NCBI GenBank assembly: GCA_017456495.1
Contig: JAFTJI010000028.1
Span: forward strand, 1 to 58,596
Direction: 5' to 3'
Origin: Lentisphaeria bacterium
GTDB lineage: Bacteria; Verrucomicrobiota; Lentisphaeria; Victivallales; UBA1829
Length of the DNA: 58,596 nt
Shown: positions 1-9,140 of the stretch, piece after piece
Layout of the letters: each line of letters begins with the position of its first letter
How positions within the stretch are numbered: the stretch's first letter is position 1
Program-made: the position numbers and the translations under genes
Notes under the pieces: generated by a model
The model's input: only the letters and a program-made list of their open reading frames with translations
Database searches by the model: none
Told to the model about the DNA's origin: nothing

Positions 1-1065
1 CAGGCAGCAAAGAAATTCAATGTGATCGAAGTCGTTGCCTGCGCCGATATCATTCCGGAACGCGCCGCAAAGAAAACTGAACTTTACGGTGTGCCGAACA
101 TGACCAATGAAGAACTTCTCGCCAGAGAAGATATTGAGATCGTGCTCAACCTTACACCGCCGCGTGTTCACTCCAAGATCGCAATGGATACCCTCAACGC
201 CGGGAAACATGCCTACTCCGAAAAACCCTTCGGCGTGGATGCAGCGGATGCTGCAAAAGTCATGACTCTGGCAAAAGAAAAAGGGCTGCGCGTCGGCTGC
301 GCTCCCGATACATTCCTCGGCGGCGGACAGCAGACAGCCCGGAAACTGATCGACGACGGCTGGATCGGGAAACCTCTTTCCGGTACGGCAATGGTTCTCG
401 GCAGAGGTCCGGAAAAGTGGCCTCAGGCACCTTTCTTCTACGATTACGGTGCAGGTCCCATGCTGGATTTGGGTCCTTACTATATCACCGCTCTCGTAAA
501 CATGCTCGGCCCTGCGGAAAGCGTTACGGCTGTTACGACCAAAGGTTTTGAAACACGCACCTACGGTGCAGAAGTGGCAGACGAATACAAAGACAAGTAC
601 AAACCGTTTGACAAGTATCCTGTCAATGTGACCACACACCTGACCGGAATCATCAAATTCAAATGCGGTGCAGTGATCACTATGATCGCCAGCTTTGACT
701 GCTACAAGCACGGACATTGCCCCATTGAGATTTACGGTACGGAAGGTTCTCTGCAGGTTCCCGACCCCAATACATTCGGCGGTCCCGTGCGTGTCTTCAA
801 GCCGGGTTATGAAAGCTGGCAGGAAGTTCCGCTGACTCACGGCTATACCGAAAACAGCCGTTCCATCGGTGCTGCGGATATGGCAAACGCTCTTCACAGC
901 GGACGTCCCCACCGTGCAAACGGCGATCTGGCAAACCATGTTCTTGAAGTCATGCTTGCCTTTGACAAGTCCAGTGAACTCGGCAAAGAAGTTATTCTGG
1001 AAACCACCTGTGAACGTCCGGCAGCACTTCCTCTGGGACTGGAACCGGGAATGCTTCCTGAATGA
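1..1065 (+). CDS. Gfo/Idh/MocA family NAD(P)-dependent oxidoreductase, 5' end cut by the window edge
   Basis: Frame 1 is open from base 1 (QAAKKFNVIEVV...), so the GTG at 22 is internal. The N-terminal Rossmann GxGxxG part is missing. The family-typical EKP motif (YSEKPF) and C-terminal domain are present. Stop TGA at 1063-1065. Confidence 0.85.
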   Translation, partial: QAAKKFNVIEVVACADIIPERAAKKTELYGVPNMTNEELLAREDIEIVLNLTPPRVHSKIAMDTLNAGKHAYSEKPFGVDAADAAKVMTLAKEKGLRVGCAPDTFLGGGQQTARKLIDDGWIGKPLSGTAMVLGRGPEKWPQAPFFYDYGAGPMLDLGPYYITALVNMLGPAESVTAVTTKGFETRTYGAEVADEYKDKYKPFDKYPVNVTTHLTGIIKFKCGAVITMIASFDCYKHGHCPIEIYGTEGSLQVPDPNTFGGPVRVFKPGYESWQEVPLTHGYTENSRSIGAADMANALHSGRPHRANGDLANHVLEVMLAFDKSSELGKEVILETTCERPAALPLGLEPGMLPE

Positions 1066-1106
1066 TCGTCTGACCGTTTCAAAGGCAGATCAAAGCCAAA
1101 AGAAAA

Positions 1107-1147
1107 CGCCCCGAAAGTACATTTCAGCTTTCGGGGCGATTTTTTTC
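1107..1147. terminator. Bidirectional intrinsic terminator between convergent genes
   Basis: Perfect stem CGCCCCGAAAG / CTTTCGGGGCG with a 9-nt loop. It is preceded by an A-run and followed by TTTTTTT. Confidence 0.8.
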
Positions 1148-1170
1148 AGATGCTGTCAAACGATCTCAAC

Positions 1171-1659
1171 TCAGCGATGTCCGCCGCGATGAGGGGGACG
1201 GGGTGCAGGTTTTCTCGGAGGAGGAGCTTTTCTGACATATTCGTCAAGAGTTCTCATCATTGCACGGGGACCGCCCTTCATATAGCCGGTTTTTCCCAAA
1301 AATTTTCCATGATCGTTCGTAATAATGATCGTGGGATAACCGCGGACGCCATATTTTGCAGCAAGAACGCGATTCTTTGCCATAATATGTTTAGGCGGCT
1401 GATTCCGTCTCGGGAAATCTGCTTTATACAGGATAAAATTATCATTGAGATATTTTACCATTTCCCGTTTGGAAAGGATCTCGCGATCCAGTCTGATACA
1501 CCATCCGCACCAGTCTGAACCTGTAAAGAATGCAAAAACAGGTTTTCCGGTTCTCTTTGACAGACGTAACGCCTCGTCGAAATCCCGCTGCCAATGGAGT
1601 CCCTGGGCAAAAAGACCAACTGTCAAAACAGTCAGCAGACACACTAACATTTTCTTCAT
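1171..1659 (-). CDS. Secreted thioredoxin-fold protein (thioredoxin_7/DUF255-like)
   Basis: CxxC motif in FTGSDWCGWC and signal-peptide-like MKKMLVCLLTVLTVGLFAQG. Start moved to the ATG at 1659, which has GGAGG 7 nt upstream. The longer ORF to 1707 has no RBS. Confidence 0.75.
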   Translation of the reverse strand: MKKMLVCLLTVLTVGLFAQGLHWQRDFDEALRLSKRTGKPVFAFFTGSDWCGWCIRLDREILSKREMVKYLNDNFILYKADFPRRNQPPKHIMAKNRVLAAKYGVRGYPTIIITNDHGKFLGKTGYMKGGPRAMMRTLDEYVRKAPPPRKPAPRPPHRGGHR

Positions 1660-1756
1660 AACGAACCTCCTTCTATTGTTATCAGGGGGGATGTTTGAAT
1701 CCGGCACCGGGAACCGCCCCGATGCCGGCAGTGCTTTTTATTCAGAGAGGATTCTC

Positions 1757-2776
1757 TCAGTTGCACCACTCAGTGATGCTTGCGACTGCAGCGCAGTCTG
1801 CGATGTCCTGGGGAGAACAACCGCGGGAGACGTCCACGAAGGGACGGCGGAGACCCTGGATCAGGGGTCCGATTGCAGTAGCACCGGCAAGACGTTCTGT
1901 TGCCTTGTAGATAGAGTTACCGCAGTTCAGGTCGGGGAAGACGAGAACGTTGCAGTATCCTGCGATTTCGGAGCCGGGAGCTTTTTTCTTTCCGATTTCG
2001 GGAACGACAGCTGCATCGAACTGGAATTCGCCGTCGACTTTCAGTTCGGGATCAAGAGCTTTTGCCTTGGCAACAGCTTCCACGACTTTGTCGATAATGG
2101 GATCATGTGCGGAACCCTTGGTGGAACAGCTGATCATACCGACTTTGGGTTCTGCGCCGGTGAACATCTTGAAGGAACGGGCGGTTGCGACAGCGATTTC
2201 AGCCAGCTGATCGCTGTCGGGGTTGATGTTCAGACCGCAGTCTGCATAGAACAGTGCACCGTTGTGTCCCCACTTGGGATCGGGCATCTGCATCAGGAAG
2301 AATGCGGAAGCGGATTTGAAACCGGGAGCGGTCTTAAAAAGCTGAAGAGCCGGACGGGTCTTGCTTGCGGTGTTGTGGTTGTAACCGTTGGGGTTTCCAC
2401 CGCCGGAGACATAACCGTGAGCATCACCTGCGCAAACCATTGCAGCGGAGAACACGCAGGTATCTTTCAGCCATTCGCGAGCCTGTTCGGGGGTCAGACC
2501 TTTGCTCTTGCGGATTTCGCAGCAGACCTGAATATATTTTTCCAGGTTGGGGGTCTTGAGAACGTCAACGACTTCAACGCCGTCAAGATTGATATTTTCA
2601 GCTGCAGCCAATGCTCTGATAGCATCTTCATCGCCAACGAGAACCGGTTTTGCAACGCCGGTTGCGACCATGATTTCAGCTGCTTTGAGGTTACGGGGAT
2701 CATCGCTTTCGGTCAAGCAGACCTTGCGGCCCAGAGTCTTCGCTTTCGCGCGGATTTTGTCGAGAACTGTTTCCAT
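1757..2776 (-). CDS. pta: Phosphate acetyltransferase
   Basis: Full-length PTA_PTB-type sequence (about 339 aa) with conserved blocks such as GNSIYK and RGCSPQDI-like C-terminus. The ATG at 2776 sits 5 nt after GGAG; the listed start at 2782 is a GTG overlapping that RBS. Confidence 0.9.
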   Translation of the reverse strand: METVLDKIRAKAKTLGRKVCLTESDDPRNLKAAEIMVATGVAKPVLVGDEDAIRALAAAENINLDGVEVVDVLKTPNLEKYIQVCCEIRKSKGLTPEQAREWLKDTCVFSAAMVCAGDAHGYVSGGGNPNGYNHNTASKTRPALQLFKTAPGFKSASAFFLMQMPDPKWGHNGALFYADCGLNINPDSDQLAEIAVATARSFKMFTGAEPKVGMISCSTKGSAHDPIIDKVVEAVAKAKALDPELKVDGEFQFDAAVVPEIGKKKAPGSEIAGYCNVLVFPDLNCGNSIYKATERLAGATAIGPLIQGLRRPFVDVSRGCSPQDIADCAAVASITEWCN

Positions 2777-2894
2777 ATTCACTCCATTTCTGATTTATTT
2801 TGCCTGTTCTTTGAACAGATTACCATCTTTGGGAAATTTAGCACAGATTCCTGCACTTTCAACCCGTATTGGATAAAAAAAACATTTTTTCTCT

Positions 2895-3059
2895 GAGGCA
2901 ATTTCTAAAGTCCGGCAAAATTTGGCTGAAAAAAGATTGTTGATGAGTTGGAAATGGTAGTTTGAGCGTGGCTACCCACAAGGTAACCACCGAAAACGCT
3001 CCATTTGCAGATCGCAACAAGAATTTTCTGACATTTTTGAAGACTTTTGAAATTGCCTC
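2895..3059 (+). mobile_element. MITE-like repeat, copy A (165 bp)
   Basis: Terminal inverted repeats GAGGCAATTTCTAAAGTC ... GACTTTTGAAATTGCCTC, flanked by direct CTCT/CTCT. Homologous to 50264-50447 and 58459-58596. The central segment is shorter and different from copies B and C. Confidence 0.8.
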
Positions 3060-3213
3060 CTCTGTTCAAACGTCTGAAAATGAGAAAAAAAAGGATCTGT
3101 TTCAAAAAAGACCGGATTTTTTTAGCACAGAAGAATCCCGGGATTCATTTGAACCTGTAAAATTCCTCACAAGAGTACTGATTTCACAAAACAGAAAAAC
3201 AAGGCTAAAAAAA

Positions 3214-5118
3214 CTACCGGCGAACTCTTTTTAGTAGCTGTAAATTGTTCTTTGCCAGGGGATTTCCGTATTGGATTGCAATTTGTAAATACTTTTCAGC
3301 TTTTGCAAAATCCGGTTTTAATCCTCTGGTTCCAAGCATATGGATATACCCCAAAGCATTATATGCGTACCCTAAAACTTCCCGGTTATTACTTTCAGCC
3401 GTAATCTGCAGGAGTAAACGTCTTGCCTCGATATAAGATACATTTCTCCCCTGCCGATTCACAATCTTACAACGCCGGTTCACCAATAGCAAGGCTCTAT
3501 TCAATCTTCCGTATTCATTACCAAGTTCGGCAGCTTTTGTATAACTTTGAAATGCTTCATTGTATTTACCTTTATTTTCCAAAGCAATACCTTTATTATT
3601 ATAATAAGTACCGCTATCTTTATCTCTCGGTGGATTGGCTGAAGGCTTTTCTGCGCTAACTGAAGGCTTTTTCGGACTATTCAAAAGCTTTTCTGCGCTA
3701 ACTGAAGTTTTTTTCGGACTATTCAAAAGCTCTTCTGCGCTAACTGAAGGCTTTTTCGGACTATTCAAAGGCTTTGGTACGCTAACAGAAGGCTTTGCGC
3801 TGTTCGAAGGCTTTTCTGCGCTAACAGAAGGCTTTGCGCTGTTCGAAGGCTTTTCTGCGCTAACCGAAGGCTTTTTCGGAATATCCGAAGCTTCTTGTGT
3901 ATTGTTCGAAGCGTTTGCTTCGAACAATTTATTAAGCTCAATTTGTTGGGGATGGGGAACCGCAACTGCGGCTATATCCTGGGCTAAATCTTTAAACAAA
4001 TAACTGTTCGGTATTAGATGGGACCTCGTTATTTTACCCGAAGAAAATGATGAGCTATACTTTACGGGACTCACCGTGAAATTTTTTTGTTTCTCTATCG
4101 ACAGAAGAGTACTCGGATAAAGCTGCTCGGAAAACGCAAAACTACACCATTTTTGAGGTCTCATATCTACCACCAGCACATCGAACTCCGGAGAACGCCA
4201 TTTGGATAATCTGGAGCATGGTATATTTCCCCGCCATATATCGGAGAAAGATATTTCAAAATTCATGGCACGATCATTATCAAAAATATGCCAAGCATCA
4301 AAATTGTCTAAATCAAACCTGGATTTTTCGCCGTAGTAGATTTCAAAATCTTTTTTATTCTCGGATTTGACAAAACAAATGAACATATTGTGCTTTTTTG
4401 GATCACGCTGCTTTGTAAAGCCAAGTTCCGTCATAAATATATCCGGTTTGATCTGGATTTTTTTCGGATCAAATTGCCAGTATCCATTGACGATCAGTCT
4501 TGATTTATTGCCATACATATCATTTCCGATCCCGACGGAATCAATAACGATTTCATATCCTTGAGCAGTATTCAGCAAACATTTGCTCAAAATTTCTTTC
4601 CGTTGACCAACAGACATATCTCCACGGGCAGCATACTGTCTGGTAAATTCATTATCAATGCGACTGTTGAGCGAAGTAAGACATTCCACTGCATTGATCA
4701 CGAATTCATTATCGGTATTTTCACCGGATTCTGACAGAATTTTGTTTGCCTTGGCATATTGTACAAAGGCTTTTTGAATATCTTCTTCCATCTTTATAAA
4801 GACAGCCAACCGAGGCAGAGAAAAAATATTGGCAACGAAATTATCCAACTTCTGTTTCTGCTTATCCAGTTCCAAGCGGAGGTTCCGGTTTTGATTTTTC
4901 CGGGATTCTGTCGAAAGTTTTTTTCTGGTTTCAGCAAAATATTTACCGTCACTCATATCAGAAATAAAGCTGGTCACTGCAAAAATCACCCGTTTTCCTG
5001 GAGATAATCTCTGATCTCCAGCCCCCAGCAACACTAAAACCAGAATTGTAGAATTTGAAAACAGCCAAATAATAAGAGATACAAAAATATTGCTCCAGCA
5101 GATTTTTTTATTATCCAT
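3214..5118 (-). CDS. Hypothetical membrane-anchored protein with coiled coil, unknown core domain, Pro/Ser-rich tandem repeats and C-terminal Sel1/TPR-like repeats
   Basis: N-terminal hydrophobic helix (IFVSLIIWLFSNSTILVLVLLGAG). PSVSAEKPSNSAK-type repeats. C-terminal YYNNKGIALENKGKYNEAFQSYTKAAELGN and GYAYNALGYIHMLG...AEKYLQIAIQYGNPLAKNNL resemble Sel1 repeats. AAAGGGA RBS before the ATG at 5118. Confidence 0.7.
   Translation of the reverse strand: MDNKKICWSNIFVSLIIWLFSNSTILVLVLLGAGDQRLSPGKRVIFAVTSFISDMSDGKYFAETRKKLSTESRKNQNRNLRLELDKQKQKLDNFVANIFSLPRLAVFIKMEEDIQKAFVQYAKANKILSESGENTDNEFVINAVECLTSLNSRIDNEFTRQYAARGDMSVGQRKEILSKCLLNTAQGYEIVIDSVGIGNDMYGNKSRLIVNGYWQFDPKKIQIKPDIFMTELGFTKQRDPKKHNMFICFVKSENKKDFEIYYGEKSRFDLDNFDAWHIFDNDRAMNFEISFSDIWRGNIPCSRLSKWRSPEFDVLVVDMRPQKWCSFAFSEQLYPSTLLSIEKQKNFTVSPVKYSSSFSSGKITRSHLIPNSYLFKDLAQDIAAVAVPHPQQIELNKLFEANASNNTQEASDIPKKPSVSAEKPSNSAKPSVSAEKPSNSAKPSVSVPKPLNSPKKPSVSAEELLNSPKKTSVSAEKLLNSPKKPSVSAEKPSANPPRDKDSGTYYNNKGIALENKGKYNEAFQSYTKAAELGNEYGRLNRALLLVNRRCKIVNRQGRNVSYIEARRLLLQITAESNNREVLGYAYNALGYIHMLGTRGLKPDFAKAEKYLQIAIQYGNPLAKNNLQLLKRVRR
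3636..3892 (-). repeat. In-frame tandem repeats (about three 42-nt units, then 39-nt units) inside the 3214-5118 CDS
   Basis: TTCTGCGCTAAC recurs at 3649, 3691 and 3733 (42-nt period), then CTTTTCTGCGCTAACAGAAGGCTTTGCGCTGTTCGAAGG repeats with a 39-nt period. It encodes the PKKPSVSAEKLLNS / AKPSVSAEKPSNS units. Confidence 0.85.
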
Positions 5119-5129
5119 GACGTTCCCTT

Positions 5130-5702
5130 TCAGCGTTCTTTGAACTGACCATTTCCTATTTCTTCATAAGGCCTGCCACTTGCATTCCGCCAAATTCCTA
5201 TTGGATCATCAGCATGCCGCAGTAATTCAGTTCCATTCGACAGCCGAACCGTTTCAACCACTCTTCCTGGCGAGTCTGTTGGTTTTTGCATATTAGCCTT
5301 TATTGTTACTGATATAAAAATACCAATAAAAACAATTGCAATCAACAATATAATACCCATAACGACTGCATATACCACAAGAGATGTTATCAACAGAAAT
5401 GCTGATGTTATGATTGCCACAAAAAAAGGGTAGAAAAATTTACGAAAAAAACCGGGCAGCACAAATATATGATCGATATGAAAAATCTCATTAAAAAATC
5501 CAGTGGCGAAACAAAAATATTCCAGAGATAATTTGTCGATCGCCGCCAGAATGGATACTGAAAGAAGCCCCGAAAGAAGCGACAATGAAAGCATATGTTT
5601 TGCTCCCTGATAATTTGATAGAGCTTTACCCTTATGATTAAAAATAAACTCATCCAGTTTTCTTATCTGATCCTGAATTTTCCCCAACCCCAATCGATCC
5701 AT
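5130..5702 (-). CDS. Hypothetical multi-pass membrane protein
   Basis: Three or four hydrophobic segments (e.g. LSLSLLSGLLSVSILAAI, FFVAIITSAFLLITSLVVYAVVMGIILLIAIVFIGIFISV) and a soluble C-terminal tail. AGGAGA RBS. It ends 11 nt before the next gene's start. Confidence 0.65.
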   Translation of the reverse strand: MDRLGLGKIQDQIRKLDEFIFNHKGKALSNYQGAKHMLSLSLLSGLLSVSILAAIDKLSLEYFCFATGFFNEIFHIDHIFVLPGFFRKFFYPFFVAIITSAFLLITSLVVYAVVMGIILLIAIVFIGIFISVTIKANMQKPTDSPGRVVETVRLSNGTELLRHADDPIGIWRNASGRPYEEIGNGQFKER

Positions 5703-6179
5703 TTCACTTCTCCTGCTTTGCAGTTATTGTTAATGTCCCAAATTTTATGATAGGACGAATTATTAAAAAAAAGAGCTTCTTCCTTTTTTAACAACCGAAC
5801 AAAAAAGAAAAGGAAGAAACAAATATATAATAAATTTATCATGGAAACAATAATTTGTCAAGCGGAAAATGTATTTTCTTTTGATTAATTAGTCATAAAT
5901 TTATCAGCAACCTGCGAAAAGAACGGCCTTACAGAGATTTTGAAAATGAATTTGAAATACTGGTAATTGAAACTGTCAGCGGAAAGGTTTCCGTTTTGCC
6001 TCAAACTGCCCATAACAGTGTATGCAACACAGATTACGATAGATGGTCAAAAGAGGGGGAGGCTGTTGCAAACTGGCATTTTTGAAAGAGCAATTTTGTA
6101 TAAAGAGCTCCATTAAAAAAGCATTTTCAGCATATAGTTTTTGCAACAGCTCCTGAAAAAGATCTTTCTAATATTGAGA

Positions 6180-7076
6180 TCAAAGATGGAAGACAGGCTC
6201 CGCTTTTCCGCTTTGGAGAGATTTCAAAGCAGCTTCCTGCAACGCCATGACTTCCACAGAATCTTCCAGCGCAACAGGCTGTTCCCCATGGAGGAATTTG
6301 ACAAATTCTTTCATCAGCATGTAGTAGAACGGAACGCGTCCGGTCACCTTGATGAAAAGTCCGTCATTTTCTTTGGTACGGATCAACGCACCGTAGCTGT
6401 ATGCGGAACCAAGCTCAACAATACCTGTTCTGCCGTCGGCATACTTGATACGGAACAGGTAGTTATCCCCTTCTTTTACGCCGCGGACAGATTCGGCACC
6501 GCAGCCCATGATGCGCTGGATCATTTCAAATGTATGACAGCCGTACCAGATGACCGCTTCGCCTTTCGGCGGGATCCCGGCAGGTCCCCAGGTCATGCCT
6601 TTTTCCACGGGCAGATTCTTTTCCAGACCTTCCACGAAGTCGATATCGAACCGGAGACTGGAGGAAGTGAAGAAGCGGACATTATATTTCTTTGCAAGGT
6701 CGATGATCTTGCACATGTTTTCCACGCTGTCGGCAAAGGGTTTGTCAAGAAAGATCGGCTTGCCCAGGGGAGCGCATTTTTCAAAATATTCCAAATGCAG
6801 TGCGGGATCGTTGATTTCGATCATGATCGCATCGCAATCTGCAACAGACTCTTCAAAGTTTTCAGTGACTGTCACGCCGATGCTTTCCAGATATTCCTGA
6901 CGTTTATCGAGACCTTCTTTGTTCTGAAACGCGGTTTCAAAGCGGAGGCATCTTGTGACGCGCAAACCGGAGATTTTCTGATCTTCGGGGGTGGCGGGAT
7001 CCTGCATCAGCTTCGGGAACGCTGTTGCGTGGCTGGTATCAAGTCCAACAATGGCAATTTTGATTTCTTCTGACAT
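6180..7076 (-). CDS. Gfo/Idh/MocA family oxidoreductase
   Basis: N-terminal IKIAIVGLDTSH Rossmann-like start and family-like length. Start set to the ATG at 7076 (AAAGGAA RBS); the listed 7094 start is a TTG that overlaps the upstream gene's stop. Confidence 0.8.
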   Translation of the reverse strand: MSEEIKIAIVGLDTSHATAFPKLMQDPATPEDQKISGLRVTRCLRFETAFQNKEGLDKRQEYLESIGVTVTENFEESVADCDAIMIEINDPALHLEYFEKCAPLGKPIFLDKPFADSVENMCKIIDLAKKYNVRFFTSSSLRFDIDFVEGLEKNLPVEKGMTWGPAGIPPKGEAVIWYGCHTFEMIQRIMGCGAESVRGVKEGDNYLFRIKYADGRTGIVELGSAYSYGALIRTKENDGLFIKVTGRVPFYYMLMKEFVKFLHGEQPVALEDSVEVMALQEAALKSLQSGKAEPVFHL

Positions 7077-7090
7077 GGTTGATTCCTTTC

Positions 7091-7876
7091 TCAATTATTT
7101 TTCCGGAATTCGGATGGTGATTGTTTCATAAATTTACTGAACTGGCGGGAAAAGTAAAATTCTCCGCCGAATCCGCTGGCAAAAGCGATCTCTTTGACAA
7201 GCATATCTGTTGTCTGAAGCAGATGTGCTGCGTAACGGATCCGCTGCTGCAGAATATAATGGTTCGGGGAATATCCGGTTTCGCGCCGGAACAATCGTCG
7301 GAAATGCACCTCCGACAGTTTATTTTCCAATGCAAACGCCCCGATATTCCACTCTTTTTCAGGATGTTCCGCGATTTTTTCTGCAAAACCAGCAATGATT
7401 TTATGGTTGAATGCTCCAGCTTGACGGGGCGCAGGCTGATTCATGGAAAGCAGCAGAGCCTTTTCCAGCAGCAGAACGGATTCTCCGAAACCCGTCCGTG
7501 AATTTTTCTGCAGCTGCCGGACGATTTCCCCCATCAGAGAGGTGAACTCTTTCTCTTCCGTGATGATGATTTTCTCTCCGATCTCCGGCATCAAACCTCC
7601 GGCAAGATAACGGTTCACCCGCTCTCCGCGGAAACAAACATAATAATGTTCGCGTCCGCCGGAGGGTGTGTGATAGGTGAACCTTTTCCCCGGTCCGGTC
7701 AGAAACAGAAGCGGACCTTCCGCCAGCCATGCCGGACCGTCATCGCATTGAACATAGATCTCCCCTCCCCTGATGTATTGCAGACCGTAGTAATCAAAGG
7801 AGCGATCCTTTGTCACTCCGGTCGCATGTTTACTGCTGCCGAAGCAGACAAACTCAAGGTCAGAGAAGTAATCCAT
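7091..7876 (-). CDS. AraC family transcriptional regulator
   Basis: N-terminal cupin-like sensor domain and C-terminal double HTH (FRRLFRRETGYSPNHYILQQRIRYAAHLL...FYFSRQFSKFMKQSPSEFR). Confidence 0.9.
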   Translation of the reverse strand: MDYFSDLEFVCFGSSKHATGVTKDRSFDYYGLQYIRGGEIYVQCDDGPAWLAEGPLLFLTGPGKRFTYHTPSGGREHYYVCFRGERVNRYLAGGLMPEIGEKIIITEEKEFTSLMGEIVRQLQKNSRTGFGESVLLLEKALLLSMNQPAPRQAGAFNHKIIAGFAEKIAEHPEKEWNIGAFALENKLSEVHFRRLFRRETGYSPNHYILQQRIRYAAHLLQTTDMLVKEIAFASGFGGEFYFSRQFSKFMKQSPSEFRKNN

Positions 7877-7881
7877 GATGA

Positions 7882-8994
7882 TTACATGATTCCTTTGGGA
7901 ACCTTGACGGTCTTTTTCAGCGGGTTCTGCTTATGGCATTCTTCAATGATCGCGATCTGACGGCGAACCTGTTCGAGCTGGACAACCAGCGGTTCCCCGG
8001 CTGTGATTGCATCGTAGATATTGCAATAGTATTTGGTTCCCCAATCGTCAAAGGAGTTGGCGAAATCGGGGAGTTCCATCTTTTCAGAATAGAAATTCAG
8101 TTTTTCGGAGCAGTAGACGGGAAGACGTCCCTCGGTTTCCATAGTTTCGATTCTGACCTGAACAGGCTGTGCCTCGGACGGCTTGTAATACTTCCATTCC
8201 ACGGTGCTGCCGTCTGCAACGAGAGAACCGTTGGAACCGAAGACCTGGTACATCTTCTGGGGGAAGAGACACTCTTTGGTCACTTCCAGGTCGATGACCG
8301 GATGACCTTTTCCATCAAAAACGAGTTTGACAAAATCTTCTGCATCGCCTGCGTTATTGTAGTTGGCGAGTCTGGAGAAAATGCGTTCCGGCATGGATGC
8401 GCCGAACATATCCCACAAAGCGATCATCTGATCCAGCGGATGGGGAGCGGTGTTCATCAGTTCCCCGGCATTCAGCCCCTGAACGGTCTGCCAGTCCCAG
8501 CGTCTGCCGAATGAGTTGTAAGAAACTTTGACCATTGCGATTTCGCCGAGGACTCCGGAGCGGATAACATCACAGATTTTCTGATAAAGGGGACGGAAAC
8601 GCGCCTGCTGGAAGACCGCGAAGAACTTTCCTGTTTCTTTCTGAACTTTCAGGAGACGGTCAACTTCGCTGACTTTGTTGGTCAGAGGTTTTTCGCTGAT
8701 CACGTTATAGCCGGCTTTCATGGCTTCGATGGAGATATCCACATGCTTGTGGCTGCGGCTGGCATTGACGACCAGTTCCACATTTTTATCTTTCAGAAGC
8801 TCTTTGTAATCGGCATAGTGCTTGCACTTGGGATTTGCACCGGGGTTGGTGTTGGCTCTGCGTTCTTCAATGGGGTCCGCAACGGCTACCACATCAAAAC
8901 GTTCCTGCAATGCGGGACAGCATTCAAAAAGATGACGGTGGATGTTCCGTCCGCTGCGACCCTGACCGATGATACCGACTTTGATCCGTTTCAT
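7882..8994 (-). CDS. Gfo/Idh/MocA family oxidoreductase
   Basis: MKRIKVGIIGQGRSGRNIH Rossmann motif, EKPL motif (ISEKPL), AAGGAG RBS. Confidence 0.85.
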   Translation of the reverse strand: MKRIKVGIIGQGRSGRNIHRHLFECCPALQERFDVVAVADPIEERRANTNPGANPKCKHYADYKELLKDKNVELVVNASRSHKHVDISIEAMKAGYNVISEKPLTNKVSEVDRLLKVQKETGKFFAVFQQARFRPLYQKICDVIRSGVLGEIAMVKVSYNSFGRRWDWQTVQGLNAGELMNTAPHPLDQMIALWDMFGASMPERIFSRLANYNNAGDAEDFVKLVFDGKGHPVIDLEVTKECLFPQKMYQVFGSNGSLVADGSTVEWKYYKPSEAQPVQVRIETMETEGRLPVYCSEKLNFYSEKMELPDFANSFDDWGTKYYCNIYDAITAGEPLVVQLEQVRRQIAIIEECHKQNPLKKTVKVPKGIM

Positions 8995-9140
8995 GATACT
9001 TTTCTCCTTTGTGAGTTAAAGTGATTGATTCTATCTTAAACTATCACAAAAAAAACAAAATGCAAGCATATCAGAGAAAAAAAGGATATCTTTTCTGATC
9101 ATCCATAAACAAAAAGAAACATTTCATACAGAAGTAAAAA

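Noticed and set aside
1445-2896. A 483-aa plus-strand ORF overlapping the pta and thioredoxin-like genes.
   Set aside because: It is antisense to two well-supported genes, has no RBS and has odd composition. The same reasoning applies to 6141-7073, 7933-8514, 15067-16311, 17131-17904, 25211-26152, 30578-31162, 31181-32026, 32459-33211, 33385-34155, 35173-35820, 37144-38196, 41567-42301, 42485-43654, 46206-46886, 48084-48869, 50475-51785 and 54972-55748.
3636-3892. The regularly spaced direct repeats as a possible CRISPR array.
   Set aside because: The repeats are contiguous with no unique spacers, are 39-42 nt in frame, and lie inside a long ORF with coherent translation. They are a coding tandem repeat.
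6058-6153. 11-bp inverted repeat GCTGTTGCAAA / TTTGCAACAGC with arms about 65 nt apart, downstream of the 6180 gene end.
   Set aside because: The loop is too long for a simple terminator and there are no further copies in the window. It might mark the right edge of the AT-rich island, but I cannot support a function.
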